Program-made: the position numbers and the translations under genes
Origin: a virus
Taxonomy: Duplodnaviria; Heunggongvirae; Uroviricota; Caudoviricetes
Length of the DNA stretch: 64,000 bases
IMG/VR virus record: IMGVR_UViG_3300031718_000177
Strand: one strand, 5' to 3'
The notes under the pieces: generated by a model
What the model was told of the DNA's origin: nothing
The model's input: only the letters and a program-made list of their open reading frames with translations
Databases searched by the model: none
Shown: positions 1-9,422 of the stretch, piece after piece
Position numbering within the stretch: the first letter of the stretch is position 1
How the letters are laid out: every line of letters starts with the position of its first letter

Positions 1-446
1 AGGATCATATGTAATAATTCTTCTTCTTTCTTTGACGATTTGTCGTATTCGGCTAACACCCTAACTTTATTTTTACCACATATTGTTTCATCTATTCTAT
101 TTCTGCTATCTTTGTGCTTTGTAAAACCTACCTTTACAATATAGTTATCATTAATCAAACCATCTGGGAATAGGTGATGAACATACACGCGTGGATCTAT
201 TTTTGTTGCAACGTTTTTTGAATGTGAAAACTTGATTTTGTGTTCTGTACATTTAGATTTAATTTGGCCGACGTGTTCTCTAGGAACAATTTTTGTTATA
301 TTGCCGGTGCTAGGATGAATACATTCATCGACAAGATACCATAATTTATATGTATTGAGAACGGTTTTGATGCGGTTATAACGGTTCTTGCCCCAAACTT
401 GCTCGCATATGTCTGTTAGTAATGTGCCATCGTCAAAATTAATCAT
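1..446 (-). CDS. hypothetical protein, partial (C-terminus runs off the window start)
   Basis: Hand translation of the minus strand from ATG at 444-446: MINFDDGTLLTDICEQVWGKNRYNRIKTVL..., open to position 1; lies directly downstream of the RNA ligase gene on the same strand. Confidence 0.45.
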   Translation of the reverse strand, partial: MINFDDGTLLTDICEQVWGKNRYNRIKTVLNTYKLWYLVDECIHPSTGNITKIVPREHVGQIKSKCTEHKIKFSHSKNVATKIDPRVYVHHLFPDGLINDNYIVKVGFTKHKDSRNRIDETICGKNKVRVLAEYDKSSKKEEELLHMI

Positions 447-555
447 CTGAGACCCTTTCTTGCTAGGTATCAGACGAGAGTATAACAGGATTTTTGCTGG
501 AAAGCAACGGCACTCAGCGACGAAGGCAACGGCAACTGTTTTTCGGGTGAGTGTA

Positions 556-1218
556 TTACATAAGTTCTTCTAATTCTTCCCAATCTTTTTCATTTAAGTG
601 TTTCTTGGCTTCTGTTTTCCATGCGGCAGTTTTGACTTTTGCCATGAAGAGTTTATGCTTACCGCCATCAAACTTTGCGACTATGCCTTCGGGTATTGGT
701 TGTTTAATAGCGAACTTGCTTTGTAAGTTGATTGTATTGTCGATAACGCTTTGGATAAACGGCTCGTTGAATATCCCAACATAAACCTCTTGTGCGGTAT
801 GATAAAGATGACCAAACGTATCCATAAATTGTTTAGGCGGCATTAGCCCTTGCTTGTAAGGAACGCAATCAAAAATTACGAGATTTTTAGGGTCTTCCGA
901 ATCTGGGTAATGATGTCCAGAAAAGGATTTTTGGCCATACCATTCTCCGAAGAAGACTATCTGTTTCATACAGCGTAAGTACTTGTCCTTACGTATCACT
1001 TGCTCTAAACCATCAGCAAGCAGTTCGTGAAATAAGGGAATCACGCTACCAAAGTGTTTACTTGAAGAATCAAAAAGATTCTTGCGAGTTCCGAACATAC
1101 AGAAGCCACGCTTACGATCAAATAGGATACGGATATTGCTCCCATCTAATTTCAGTTGGGCTCGGCAATGCTGGTGCGGAGCACCACTTGGCCCTGGAAT
1201 ACTTGGATATTGACGCAC
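556..1218 (-). CDS. RNA ligase, Rnl2-like nucleotidyltransferase domain (ATP-dependent)
   Basis: Motif I KLDGSN (KxDGxN), motif III FFGEWYG, motif IV EGIVAKFD and motif V KHKLFMAKVK, in the canonical order of covalent nucleotidyltransferases. The N after the motif I Gly favours RNA over DNA ligase. Confidence 0.7.
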   Translation of the reverse strand: MRQYPSIPGPSGAPHQHCRAQLKLDGSNIRILFDRKRGFCMFGTRKNLFDSSSKHFGSVIPLFHELLADGLEQVIRKDKYLRCMKQIVFFGEWYGQKSFSGHHYPDSEDPKNLVIFDCVPYKQGLMPPKQFMDTFGHLYHTAQEVYVGIFNEPFIQSVIDNTINLQSKFAIKQPIPEGIVAKFDGGKHKLFMAKVKTAAWKTEAKKHLNEKDWEELEELM

Positions 1219-1282
1219 AGATTTTCCTCCATCATTATCTTACGACAAGAGAAGGCGATTTTCAAGGGGGATTTAGAAAACA

Positions 1283-1320
1283 AAACCCCGCTACCAACTT
1301 TCGCTGATAACGGGGTTTTT
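1283..1320. terminator. rho-independent terminator-like hairpin with flanking A/T runs
   Basis: aaaaCCCCGctaccaactttcgctgataaCGGGGttttt; sits between the minus-strand gene ending at 1566 and the ligase gene. Confidence 0.45.
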
Positions 1321-1565
1321 AGTACACCTTAATGAATCACTGACCCCGACGAGTCCGATTCGTCTTTCGCTTCGTGGACTTGGCGTTCGCTTGTCGCGTA
1401 TTCCAAGCCTTTTTCCCGAAGCCCGAGATTTGTTTCTCGGTATAGTTTTCACGAATTGTCTTCCACGCACGCTTCGCAGATTCACTGGACATGACACAAA
1501 TCCTTTCACAAAAAGAAACCGACGTTCCATCATATCACACAGTACAGCTAATTTCAACTGGCTCT

Positions 1566-1928
1566 TTATCGTTCATTTTCCCAATTATCGTTGTAATAGA
1601 GTTTCCCATCAACCCCTTGCACCATAATCACAGTTTTTATAGGGAACCAGTTCTGGATTTCTGGTTTCTTTTTGACTAACTCAACAATATCTTTCCAATC
1701 CGTAGAGTCCGTTTCAATATAGGAGGTACATCTAAGTCCGTTCTTATTGACGAACATTACACGATATAGTTTTTTGGTGCTTTCGTTGTGCATACGCTTT
1801 CGTTCCCTTTCTTTTCGCTGCCTTTTCATAATTCGCAATAGTAAATCTGTTGGATTATTCCTTTGTAAAAGTTCTGCGTCAAGTTCATCTAGCGACTTGT
1901 AAAGCTGAATCGCCTTGATTAAGTTCAT
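1566..1928 (-). CDS. hypothetical protein
   Basis: 120-aa ORF in the minus-strand gene chain; basic Arg/Lys-rich segment. Confidence 0.45.
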   Translation of the reverse strand: MNLIKAIQLYKSLDELDAELLQRNNPTDLLLRIMKRQRKERERKRMHNESTKKLYRVMFVNKNGLRCTSYIETDSTDWKDIVELVKKKPEIQNWFPIKTVIMVQGVDGKLYYNDNWENER

Positions 1929-2631
1929 TCTGCACCCACTCTTCCCAATCCCTTTGCCATTGTTGCATATCTAGGCCATATGCTTCTTTAATTGCCTTCG
2001 TCCAACTTCGATTTTTACCCATTTCGATGAATGATACAAATACCTTCGGGCCGTTGCGTTGGAGGAGGTATTCCACCGCTAATGATGATTGACTGTAGAA
2101 TCTTTCATTTACTTCATTGTTATTTGTATAATCAGCTTGCATCAAAGTACGCAACCGAGGGCATAATTCTACATGTGGATAATGCTTGTGGAAGCGATCC
2201 CGTTCCTCGGCTACCTCATTGAGTTCCATATGGATAGCACAGCCCTCATCTAGCCATCGGGGTGTAACACCAAAACGGTCAGCGAATAATAGATGATTGA
2301 CTTCGTGAGGTATAATATGATCGAGAATGAAATCTAACTTTGCGTCTGAACTAAGTTTACCATCTATGATTAGATTCATGTTTCTGAGCGGACGATCCCT
2401 ATATGTTACTTTAGCACCATTTGCATCTCCAAACCATATTTGGCATTTGGTTCGCCAATTAGGCAAGGAATGCCCAAACCAATAAATAGCTTGGGAAGTT
2501 CGGCATGCTTCCGCTCTCTCAACAATCCGTGTCGCGTATGCTTTATCACGAATATCAAAAGAGAAGTTAGGCGATTCAGCAGCGAATAGATTAGTTGGGA
2601 TTAGGATTATTAGGAGGGGAAGAAGACGCAT
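1885..2631 (-). CDS. secreted zinc metallopeptidase (HExxH)
   Basis: N-terminal signal peptide MRLLPLLIILIPTNLFAAE; HEVNH zinc-binding motif followed by a downstream LDEG. Confidence 0.6.
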   Translation of the reverse strand: MRLLPLLIILIPTNLFAAESPNFSFDIRDKAYATRIVERAEACRTSQAIYWFGHSLPNWRTKCQIWFGDANGAKVTYRDRPLRNMNLIIDGKLSSDAKLDFILDHIIPHEVNHLLFADRFGVTPRWLDEGCAIHMELNEVAEERDRFHKHYPHVELCPRLRTLMQADYTNNNEVNERFYSQSSLAVEYLLQRNGPKVFVSFIEMGKNRSWTKAIKEAYGLDMQQWQRDWEEWVQNELNQGDSALQVAR

Positions 2632-2749
2632 GTTGAATCACCAATGAACATTTATAGATATACATCCCCCGCATAGGAAAAACGTGAGTACACCTAGAAT
2701 TGCGACACCGACAAGTATCTCTGACCAGTGATAACTACCAGAAGTGCCT

Positions 2750-3331
2750 TTATCCAATAGGTTTAGCAGTAGAAGAATTGTTGCTACTGTTAGGAAGATC
2801 GGGATTTTCCACCACATCTTTTTTCACATCTTTCCTACACAAAAGATGTCCTTTGGCTTCAAGTTTAGCGAAACTCTCTGTGAAGACACGCTTAAAGAGG
2901 TTGATTGACCATCTGCACGTAGCCATCTCGTCCTTGTGTAAGGCGTGTCCGACTTCATGTAAGTACACCAGTACAGAAAATCTCCCGTCGCTCTCACGCT
3001 CTAAAATTATCACATTTCCTGTTGGAAAGTAGCAGCTTCCAGTAGCGAACTTATCTACAAAGACAAGCTGGGGTTCTTCTATACGATAGATTGCCGATAA
3101 CTCAGCGTTTAGCTGCCGAAACTTCTCTTGCTGATTTCCTTCCCACGGTTTACTTTTCTTAAACTTCTTTAGAACTGCTAACGTATCTTCCCTAAATCTA
3201 AGGTTATCATCGATAACCTCGGCTACCGTTTGGGGATACGGGTTTTTCTCTTGTAATTTACGTTGTTTTCGCTTTAACAACTTGCCTAAGATGTAATCTT
3301 CAATTCTCTCTTCAATCTTATTCATGTTCAT
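2750..3331 (-). CDS. putative zinc metallopeptidase (HExxH)
   Basis: VLVYLHEVGHALH motif; no signal peptide. Confidence 0.5.
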   Translation of the reverse strand: MNMNKIEERIEDYILGKLLKRKQRKLQEKNPYPQTVAEVIDDNLRFREDTLAVLKKFKKSKPWEGNQQEKFRQLNAELSAIYRIEEPQLVFVDKFATGSCYFPTGNVIILERESDGRFSVLVYLHEVGHALHKDEMATCRWSINLFKRVFTESFAKLEAKGHLLCRKDVKKDVVENPDLPNSSNNSSTAKPIG

Positions 3332-3620
3332 AGTGCCTTCATCATACCATTTCCGTAAGAAAAGTCAATCCCCCTATTAGCCGCGATTCTGTTCTATCTT
3401 GCGATAGCTGCCGTCATTTCTCTCATGTTTTTCAACATGGTGGGGTCTTTACGACTTTACCACTGCACCTACCAGCTTCACTGTGCAACTCACACACTCA
3501 GCTATTTGGCTTGCACGCTTCGCAGTTCAAACGAGTTTTAACTCTCCTACGAGGGGTTGTGTGTCGCGAACTTTCCCTCTATGGCTTACGCCACAGCGAC
3601 AGCACCGGAGGATTGACTTT

Positions 3621-4586
3621 TCACTCCTTCAACTCAAACCTTGTTTTCACTCTTTCTGGCGGCACAATATTGTACTGTAATTCCCAAGGATATATTAACT
3701 CTAAATCAACGTCCTGTAACATCGGAAACGGTTGTTGGAACGGTACATCTCGGTTGATTTTCACTTTATCCAGATTCACTATTGTTGAGATATAACCAGT
3801 CCCCACAGGAACCATTCTGGTTATCTCAGAAATATATCCATCTAGGAAGCAATACTGTTTCATCCTAGAGCGTATTTCGTTGCTAAATAACAAGGTAGCT
3901 GTTGTATCCCACATATATTGGCCGTATGGCACTTCTAACATTCTTTCCCACGATTTCCCATTAAATCCATAAATGCCAGTAAAGTAATAATGGAAAATAT
4001 AGTTCTCTTCAATCTTATGCCCGTTTTGAATTATAGATTTAAGCGGACCATAAACAGGAACTAACTTCGTCAAAACTATTTGCTTCTCCCATTCAGCACG
4101 TCTTTTATTATATGCTATTTGAGCTTCTTCCTGTTTTTTTCTAACTATGATATTGAAATAAACATTACCAGTCCTCTCTGGCGGCTTCCATCCTTCAACT
4201 AGTCCTTCGGAGTAAAGAGATACAGAAGGGTCAGTGTGCGCTACGTCTATCATAACTCTAAGTGTTAAAAGCGGGAAGCTCGTTGTCAGAAACGCACGGT
4301 CATCAAACGATTCCCAATGATTATAGGTCTTCAACTTAAATGCCGGGAACTTCTTTACACCGGCGGTATTCTCTGAACTTTGTGGCACATATATGATGTT
4401 ATAATAGTCATGTAAGGAGTTGGATAGCAGTGCTAAATCCGTTGCCCCATACTTCTCCCATTTCCTTTCCAATTCCGCTTGTAGCATTTTTGAATTGGGG
4501 CTATCATCAATCGCTATATAAATAGTTTTCTTATTATCTGCCAGTGCGGGAGTTGTCAATAAAAGAAATAGCAGGATCGCTTTCAC
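3621..4586 (-). CDS. secreted protein, paralog A of a two-member family
   Basis: Signal peptide MKAILLFLLLTTPALA; shares blocks (RAFLTTSFPLLTL / KRAFSNTTFPLLTV, C-terminal P-rich W-E-x-QYN) with the ORF at 5604..6455. Confidence 0.6.
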   Translation of the reverse strand: MKAILLFLLLTTPALADNKKTIYIAIDDSPNSKMLQAELERKWEKYGATDLALLSNSLHDYYNIIYVPQSSENTAGVKKFPAFKLKTYNHWESFDDRAFLTTSFPLLTLRVMIDVAHTDPSVSLYSEGLVEGWKPPERTGNVYFNIIVRKKQEEAQIAYNKRRAEWEKQIVLTKLVPVYGPLKSIIQNGHKIEENYIFHYYFTGIYGFNGKSWERMLEVPYGQYMWDTTATLLFSNEIRSRMKQYCFLDGYISEITRMVPVGTGYISTIVNLDKVKINRDVPFQQPFPMLQDVDLELIYPWELQYNIVPPERVKTRFELKE

Positions 4587-4587
4587 A

Positions 4588-5619
4588 TCACTTGTGTTCT
4601 TTCATCACGCTATCGAAGAAATCAACTAACCAGTTCTTTTCGGGCATTTTATCCGTTTCATATAAAGGTCGCCACTCGGGCCAAAGTACATCTTCTAGGT
4701 TGTTCAAGTGGAGCAGCTTAGGATTGCTTTTCAGATCAGCGATGCCAAAACCTGACCTTTTGATAAAGGCACCAACTTCGCCAGTCGTTGTCGTGCCATA
4801 ATATTGATAGCCACCATAAGCATAAGCTGTGCCAGGATAATTCGCACTTGGTTTTGGTTCTTCGAGTTTATCGGCAAGTGATTTACCATCTGCATATCGC
4901 TTGAAGAAATAACACAAGCCCAAACTGTGCATAAGATTTGTCTTTAAGTTACTTATGTCTCCGGTTTGATAAACATAATTTGCCAATATGCTAAAACTAT
5001 GTCCGCTATTTCTGACGTAACCAGAAAATACATAATGTAGGGCTTGGAAGAAATGTATTTTGGGATTTTTCTCCAATAACTTAACAATCAACCAAGGTAT
5101 TTGGGGTGTGCTATCGGCAAAACGATAACAACACAAAGCGGCATAGACACAATGTCTGCTTGCTCCTTTACCGTGAATAGTACAGTAGTTCCCTCCGTCT
5201 TTGGATTCAGCCGTGGTGCTTAACGGCATTAGGCCATGTTCTTTACAAAGTTCTACCCATCTGAGAAACTCAGTCGATGGAAGCACGCTCTTTAATGGTT
5301 GCTGCGGGGGTTCTACTTGCCAACCACCCATACCGTTCTGGATAAATTGCCCCTTACTATCCTTCATGTATATCGGTACTGAATTAGGGCGGCAGTTATA
5401 GATATAATCATTAAGTTTTCTGGTATAAGTTACATTTCCAAAGCACGCCGCATTTACCATTTCCGTTACTAAGGGTGGGTCATCATATGAAGTAAGTTTC
5501 ATCGATACATAATCGGTTGCAGGGGCAGCAAAGGGGATGGAGATATCGTACCAGTGGTTAGTCATCTTAATCTTTCGTAATTTGGTTAAGAACTTATACA
5601 ACACTATTCTTCTATACAA
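4588..5619 (-). CDS. hypothetical protein, aromatic-rich, flanked by the two secreted paralogs
   Basis: 343-aa ORF; no signal peptide; W/Y/F-rich composition compatible with an alpha/alpha-toroid enzyme. No family assigned. Confidence 0.55.
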   Translation of the reverse strand: MYRRIVLYKFLTKLRKIKMTNHWYDISIPFAAPATDYVSMKLTSYDDPPLVTEMVNAACFGNVTYTRKLNDYIYNCRPNSVPIYMKDSKGQFIQNGMGGWQVEPPQQPLKSVLPSTEFLRWVELCKEHGLMPLSTTAESKDGGNYCTIHGKGASRHCVYAALCCYRFADSTPQIPWLIVKLLEKNPKIHFFQALHYVFSGYVRNSGHSFSILANYVYQTGDISNLKTNLMHSLGLCYFFKRYADGKSLADKLEEPKPSANYPGTAYAYGGYQYYGTTTTGEVGAFIKRSGFGIADLKSNPKLLHLNNLEDVLWPEWRPLYETDKMPEKNWLVDFFDSVMKEHK

Positions 5620-6455
5620 TCGGATGGAAAATAATTATACTGAGGTTCCCAAGGCGGTAAAGGTTGCCTGTAAACCTTGGGGAAAGGGGCTGGGGGTATG
5701 TTGATGTCGGGTACTTTTAATTCATCGCTATTTTCATAACTCCCAAAGCCAATCAATCTTACTACTTTACCATAAACCACATGGTATTCAAGTGATTTAT
5801 CTTTCATGTACACCTTGGATGTTCTTGCGTCAATAGGTTCGCCACTGTAAACACAGTGCCATCTATTATCCTTGAAACAGTAAATAGCAGTAATTCCTTT
5901 AATCCATAGATATTGCTCGAACTTATACACTTTACGTAATCTCAAGTTTGTATCTTTAGCGAATTGGAAAAGATCACCGGTATATTTCTCCATTACTGCT
6001 GTCTGCTCTTCATCATATTGTTCGTTAATAAGGTCAATTTGCTTTAGGTCAAGATAGTATTTTACAGTTAGCAAAGGGAAAGTAGTGTTTGAGAACGCTC
6101 TTTTGTCCAGAACAATCCATTCGGAACGACGGCTATATTTAATTGCTGGACCAGGGAGCGTTACATCAGTTATATAATGTAGATTAGCCCGCCGTTTAAT
6201 CTCAGCAGAGACCGCATTATAGTGAAGCAAAGTTGGTTCGTTATCTTTATTTCTGAATGGTGTATTCAACCAATTTCTGGTTAGTTCATTCTTTAAGAAC
6301 TTTGCTTCGTTACTGTTATCTAGCCCTATGAACAGGTCTATCTTCTTTTCGCGTTCCTTCTTAGTAAGGCGTGGACGCAACGGAAAGATAGGACCAATTG
6401 CTTGTGTTTGGCTAGTGAGTAACAAAAAGACAAACATAGAAACAATAAACTTCAT
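5604..6455 (-). CDS. secreted protein, paralog B of the two-member family
   Basis: Signal peptide MKFIVSMFVFLLLTSQTQA; paralogous to 3621..4586. Confidence 0.6.
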   Translation of the reverse strand: MKFIVSMFVFLLLTSQTQAIGPIFPLRPRLTKKEREKKIDLFIGLDNSNEAKFLKNELTRNWLNTPFRNKDNEPTLLHYNAVSAEIKRRANLHYITDVTLPGPAIKYSRRSEWIVLDKRAFSNTTFPLLTVKYYLDLKQIDLINEQYDEEQTAVMEKYTGDLFQFAKDTNLRLRKVYKFEQYLWIKGITAIYCFKDNRWHCVYSGEPIDARTSKVYMKDKSLEYHVVYGKVVRLIGFGSYENSDELKVPDINIPPAPFPKVYRQPLPPWEPQYNYFPSDCIEE

Positions 6456-6469
6456 GTAGTAGATATGTT

Positions 6470-6560
6470 AAATGCTCAAAAAAGCTAGACACTCTCATTT
6501 CGGCCCTGCCTACCCCCATTTTATGGAGAAGGTCGCGAGTTATGTCTAGCTTGTTTCGAG
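6470..6560 (-). terminator. large stem-loop followed by a U-tract downstream of the acidic-protein gene
   Basis: GCTAGACA...(about 55 nt)...TGTCTAGC stem, then TTTTTTGAGCATTT on the minus strand. Confidence 0.4.
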
Positions 6561-6570
6561 CACTTCTTGA

Positions 6571-6774
6571 TTAGTCGTCTTCGTCTTCGTCCTCTTCGTC
6601 GTCGTCGTCGAGGTCTTCTTCTTCGTCGTCGTCGAGGTCGTCTTCGTCCTCGTCGTCGAAGTCGTCTTCGCCCTCAGCGTCATCCTCTTCTTCATCGAAG
6701 AGAGGGTGATCGAATTGCTGCGTTACAACATCGTCATCGTCATAAACATCGGAACCGTGACCAAAGCCGTTCAT
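6571..6774 (-). CDS. small extremely acidic protein (poly-Asp/Glu)
   Basis: 67 aa, about 60% D/E (…DEEEDDAEGEDDFDDEDEDDLDDDEEEDLDDDDEEDEDEDD). Own promoter and terminator. The plus-strand Arg-rich ORF 6567..6851 is its mirror image. Confidence 0.55.
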   Translation of the reverse strand: MNGFGHGSDVYDDDDVVTQQFDHPLFDEEEDDAEGEDDFDDEDEDDLDDDEEEDLDDDDEEDEDEDD

Positions 6775-6812
6775 TGGAACCTACTCCGCAAAAGGGGAAA
6801 AGGGAAAAGGTG

Positions 6813-6841
6813 AATCTACCACTGTTTGCCAGACTTGTCAA
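6813..6841 (-). promoter_or_regulatory. sigma70-like promoter (TTGACA-17-TAGATT) for the acidic-protein gene
   Basis: Minus-strand read: TTGACAagtctggcaaacagtggTAGATT, about 35 nt upstream of the ATG; GGAG-type RBS follows. Confidence 0.5.
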
Positions 6842-7404
6842 GTCTCTCTGAAAGCAATCTGTTTATCTTGTCTGCGTCTTTTTCTGAATAACTTTCTCAT
6901 TTTATCCTTGTCGAAATCGCCGTGTGCCATCTTGAGGAAATGTCTAATCTTCATTAGTCCTACTTCCGTCTTAAACTCTGCTTCTCTCGCAGCAACAATC
7001 GTGTTATGTGTTGATATTTGACTGGCAAGCTCGAAAGCCCAAGGACACTTCTGATAAAAGTTATTAGCAACCTTTATCGCCTCCTTCTCCATTTGGCGTC
7101 GCATATACCATTCAACCTTCTCATCGTCTATATACCGTTTGCCATAACGGTGGATAACAAAAGATAAGTCAAAGCCATCGGGATAATTCAACGACTCGAA
7201 GGTGCCGTCTTCCGTCAGTACAGCAACGAGTACGAATTCCATTTCTTTGCCATTCCAATGCGCAGCCTCCTCACACGGACTTATACGACATGCTTCTGCA
7301 TTTATGGGAATAACATTCAAGTTACCGTTGATATATTTGCCGGTATAACCTACGTTATAAATTGGAAACTCCAATTCTTCCCGTAAAAGCCTTGGACGTT
7401 TCAA
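6838..7404 (-). CDS. hypothetical protein
   Basis: 188-aa ORF in the minus chain. Confidence 0.5.
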   Translation of the reverse strand: MKRPRLLREELEFPIYNVGYTGKYINGNLNVIPINAEACRISPCEEAAHWNGKEMEFVLVAVLTEDGTFESLNYPDGFDLSFVIHRYGKRYIDDEKVEWYMRRQMEKEAIKVANNFYQKCPWAFELASQISTHNTIVAAREAEFKTEVGLMKIRHFLKMAHGDFDKDKMRKLFRKRRRQDKQIAFRET

Positions 7405-7567
7405 GAGACTATCCTCATCTTGCTTTCAAGCGTTTTTCCCACAAGGAAAGTATTGTCCGATAAACATGCATATTAGGTTGATAACTTTTGAAGAATCGTT
7501 CATCCTCATTGAAATAGATTTTCGATAAAGCCCCTGCAACTGCGGGAGAACGGGAATAGCCCATATT

Positions 7568-7870
7568 TCAATGAATCATCAAAATGTCTATCTCAAATTG
7601 GAGACGTTCAACGAACTCTAAGATAGAAGCAGCGTCACTTTCATCGAATAGACGGACATCTTTATCAACTCGTCCTTCGTCCTTGCATTCCTGTAAATAT
7701 TTTTCAGTGTCATAATCACCAAATGTGAGTTGAAGAAGCCCTATCAGTTTATTATCTGCGTGGATTTTAGGTCGGTCTTCTTCCTCTGTTACTATGGAGA
7801 TACACGCCCAAGGTTTATCGGTATGATAAACCTCTGCATTGGCTCTGCTTAGTGTGATGATTTCTTGCAT
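7568..7870 (-). CDS. hypothetical protein
   Basis: 100-aa ORF. Confidence 0.45.
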   Translation of the reverse strand: MQEIITLSRANAEVYHTDKPWACISIVTEEEDRPKIHADNKLIGLLQLTFGDYDTEKYLQECKDEGRVDKDVRLFDESDAASILEFVERLQFEIDILMIH

Positions 7871-7897
7871 TTTCTATTCTTTGGGCATATATAAGGT

Positions 7898-8107
7898 ATG
7901 AACACCGTATTACTAATCTGTGCCATCATAAGTGCTACGTTTGCTGGGGCATTTTTCTATCGTGCTTATCTTGAAATGCAAGCCCAAAAGGAAAAGAAGG
8001 GCTTTTTAATGCTTGCAGTTGGTGGTTTACTAATCTTCTTTCTTCCCGGTATATTCTTTCTGCTTTTGGTTGGTGCCATTATATTGATGATGATGCACGT
8101 CCTTTAA
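7898..8107 (+). CDS. small membrane protein (2 TM)
   Basis: 69-aa hydrophobic ORF in a gap between minus-strand genes. Confidence 0.3.
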   Translation: MNTVLLICAIISATFAGAFFYRAYLEMQAQKEKKGFLMLAVGGLLIFFLPGIFFLLLVGAIILMMMHVL

Positions 8108-8493
8108 TCGTGGAAAACAAGTTTCTTCATAAGGAAAATCGGAACAGTTGCCACGGTTGCCATGATGGCATAAAGTATACGCACTACACTTATGATCGGA
8201 CTTGATAGATAAAGTAAGACGATACCGCAAGCGTCGAGCTTGTTTACTTCCATGTATTCTCTTGTATTTTTGGATGTCCAACGGTCAGCTATCATCTTAA
8301 AATCATCCCTGCCGTTATAGACGGAGTTCAAGAAGTTTAACGTACTTCTCTTACCCATAGTAAAAAGTAAGGTGATATAACCAACGAGAAACCACCACCC
8401 AGGACTAAGAGATGAAAGCTGATTGTATAGTTGTTGCGGACTGGTGCTATAATGAAGCACTTGGCCAACTATTTGTTGGATTTGGTCTTGCAT
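8104..8493 (-). CDS. membrane protein
   Basis: 129-aa ORF with hydrophobic segments. Confidence 0.45.
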   Translation of the reverse strand: MQDQIQQIVGQVLHYSTSPQQLYNQLSSLSPGWWFLVGYITLLFTMGKRSTLNFLNSVYNGRDDFKMIADRWTSKNTREYMEVNKLDACGIVLLYLSSPIISVVRILYAIMATVATVPIFLMKKLVFHD

Positions 8494-9086
8494 TTTTTCT
8501 CATCTTTCTCAGGCGTGAACTTCGCCGAGGGCAATAGTACAGGAAAATGCTGCTTCAGAATGGGATTCAACTTCTTTATAGTTCTTGCTTTTTCTTCTCG
8601 CAATTCCTTGGTTCTGTCTCTACAATCCTCTATCTTTCGATCTATATCGGATAAGATATTGTTAAGATAGATCGTTTCGGCCAGGACGAAATGTTCTCTG
8701 TTTCTCCGGTAGAAAGATAACAAGACAGGATACAGGGACTTGCGGAAGTTCTCTTCTAATTTGGGTGATAAGTTAGATGATAAAGAGCCGTCTTCTTCTA
8801 ATGGGACGACTTGTCTTTTTGATATTTTCCCGCTAAAAGTAAAGGATACCTTATAAAGTGTCTTTGATTTTTTGTAAGTAAGTAAGGTGGAAAGACAAGA
8901 GACATTAAAGGTATTACCGCTAGTAGGAGTAATGTGTATAGTACCAGAAATTGCTTGAAAAGCAATATTTGTCTTGAAAGATGGAAAATCCATCTTTCGC
9001 AATGGACTTGTGCTGTACATCACTTTGTCCACAAAGATACCCACCAGCTTCCTACTCTGATGATAAGCGGCAGAGCAACACAACAA
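8469..9086 (-). CDS. hypothetical protein
   Basis: 205-aa ORF; true start may be an internal Met. Confidence 0.45.
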   Translation of the reverse strand: MLCCSAAYHQSRKLVGIFVDKVMYSTSPLRKMDFPSFKTNIAFQAISGTIHITPTSGNTFNVSCLSTLLTYKKSKTLYKVSFTFSGKISKRQVVPLEEDGSLSSNLSPKLEENFRKSLYPVLLSFYRRNREHFVLAETIYLNNILSDIDRKIEDCRDRTKELREEKARTIKKLNPILKQHFPVLLPSAKFTPEKDEKKCKTKSNK

Positions 9087-9422
9087 GCCAGAAACGCATA
9101 AACCATCCAGCTATATCTTTTCCAATGACCAGACGTGAAATAATTCTTACCGTTATGAAATGGCTTATCCAACGCCTGTAAATTGTTCCTCTCTTTAAGT
9201 AAAGAGAACAAATGGTCTGTGTCCATATGCATATTTATGAACTAATCTAAAGTTTTTGGGTCGATGCATAGGACGACGAGCAGGTACGTTTTGCCAATTC
9301 TGGATATTTCAGAACAATAATCGTCCGCAATCTGTTTAGACGTGATAAAGCCCTGCGGAAAGCGATATAACCGGCCTGATCTTTACGGTTTTTTCGATAA
9401 TGTGCCTCTAATCTATTAACTT

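Noticed and set aside
1291-1557. 88-aa minus-strand ORF across the terminator hairpin
   Set aside because: Contains the terminator stem-loop and has an Arg/Ser-rich low-complexity translation. More likely intergenic.
6567-6851. 94-aa Arg-rich plus-strand ORF (RRRRRGLLLRRRRGRLRPRRR…)
   Set aside because: Exact mirror of the poly-Asp/Glu minus-strand ORF, in a region where all genes are on the minus strand. The promoter, RBS and terminator all serve the minus-strand reading.
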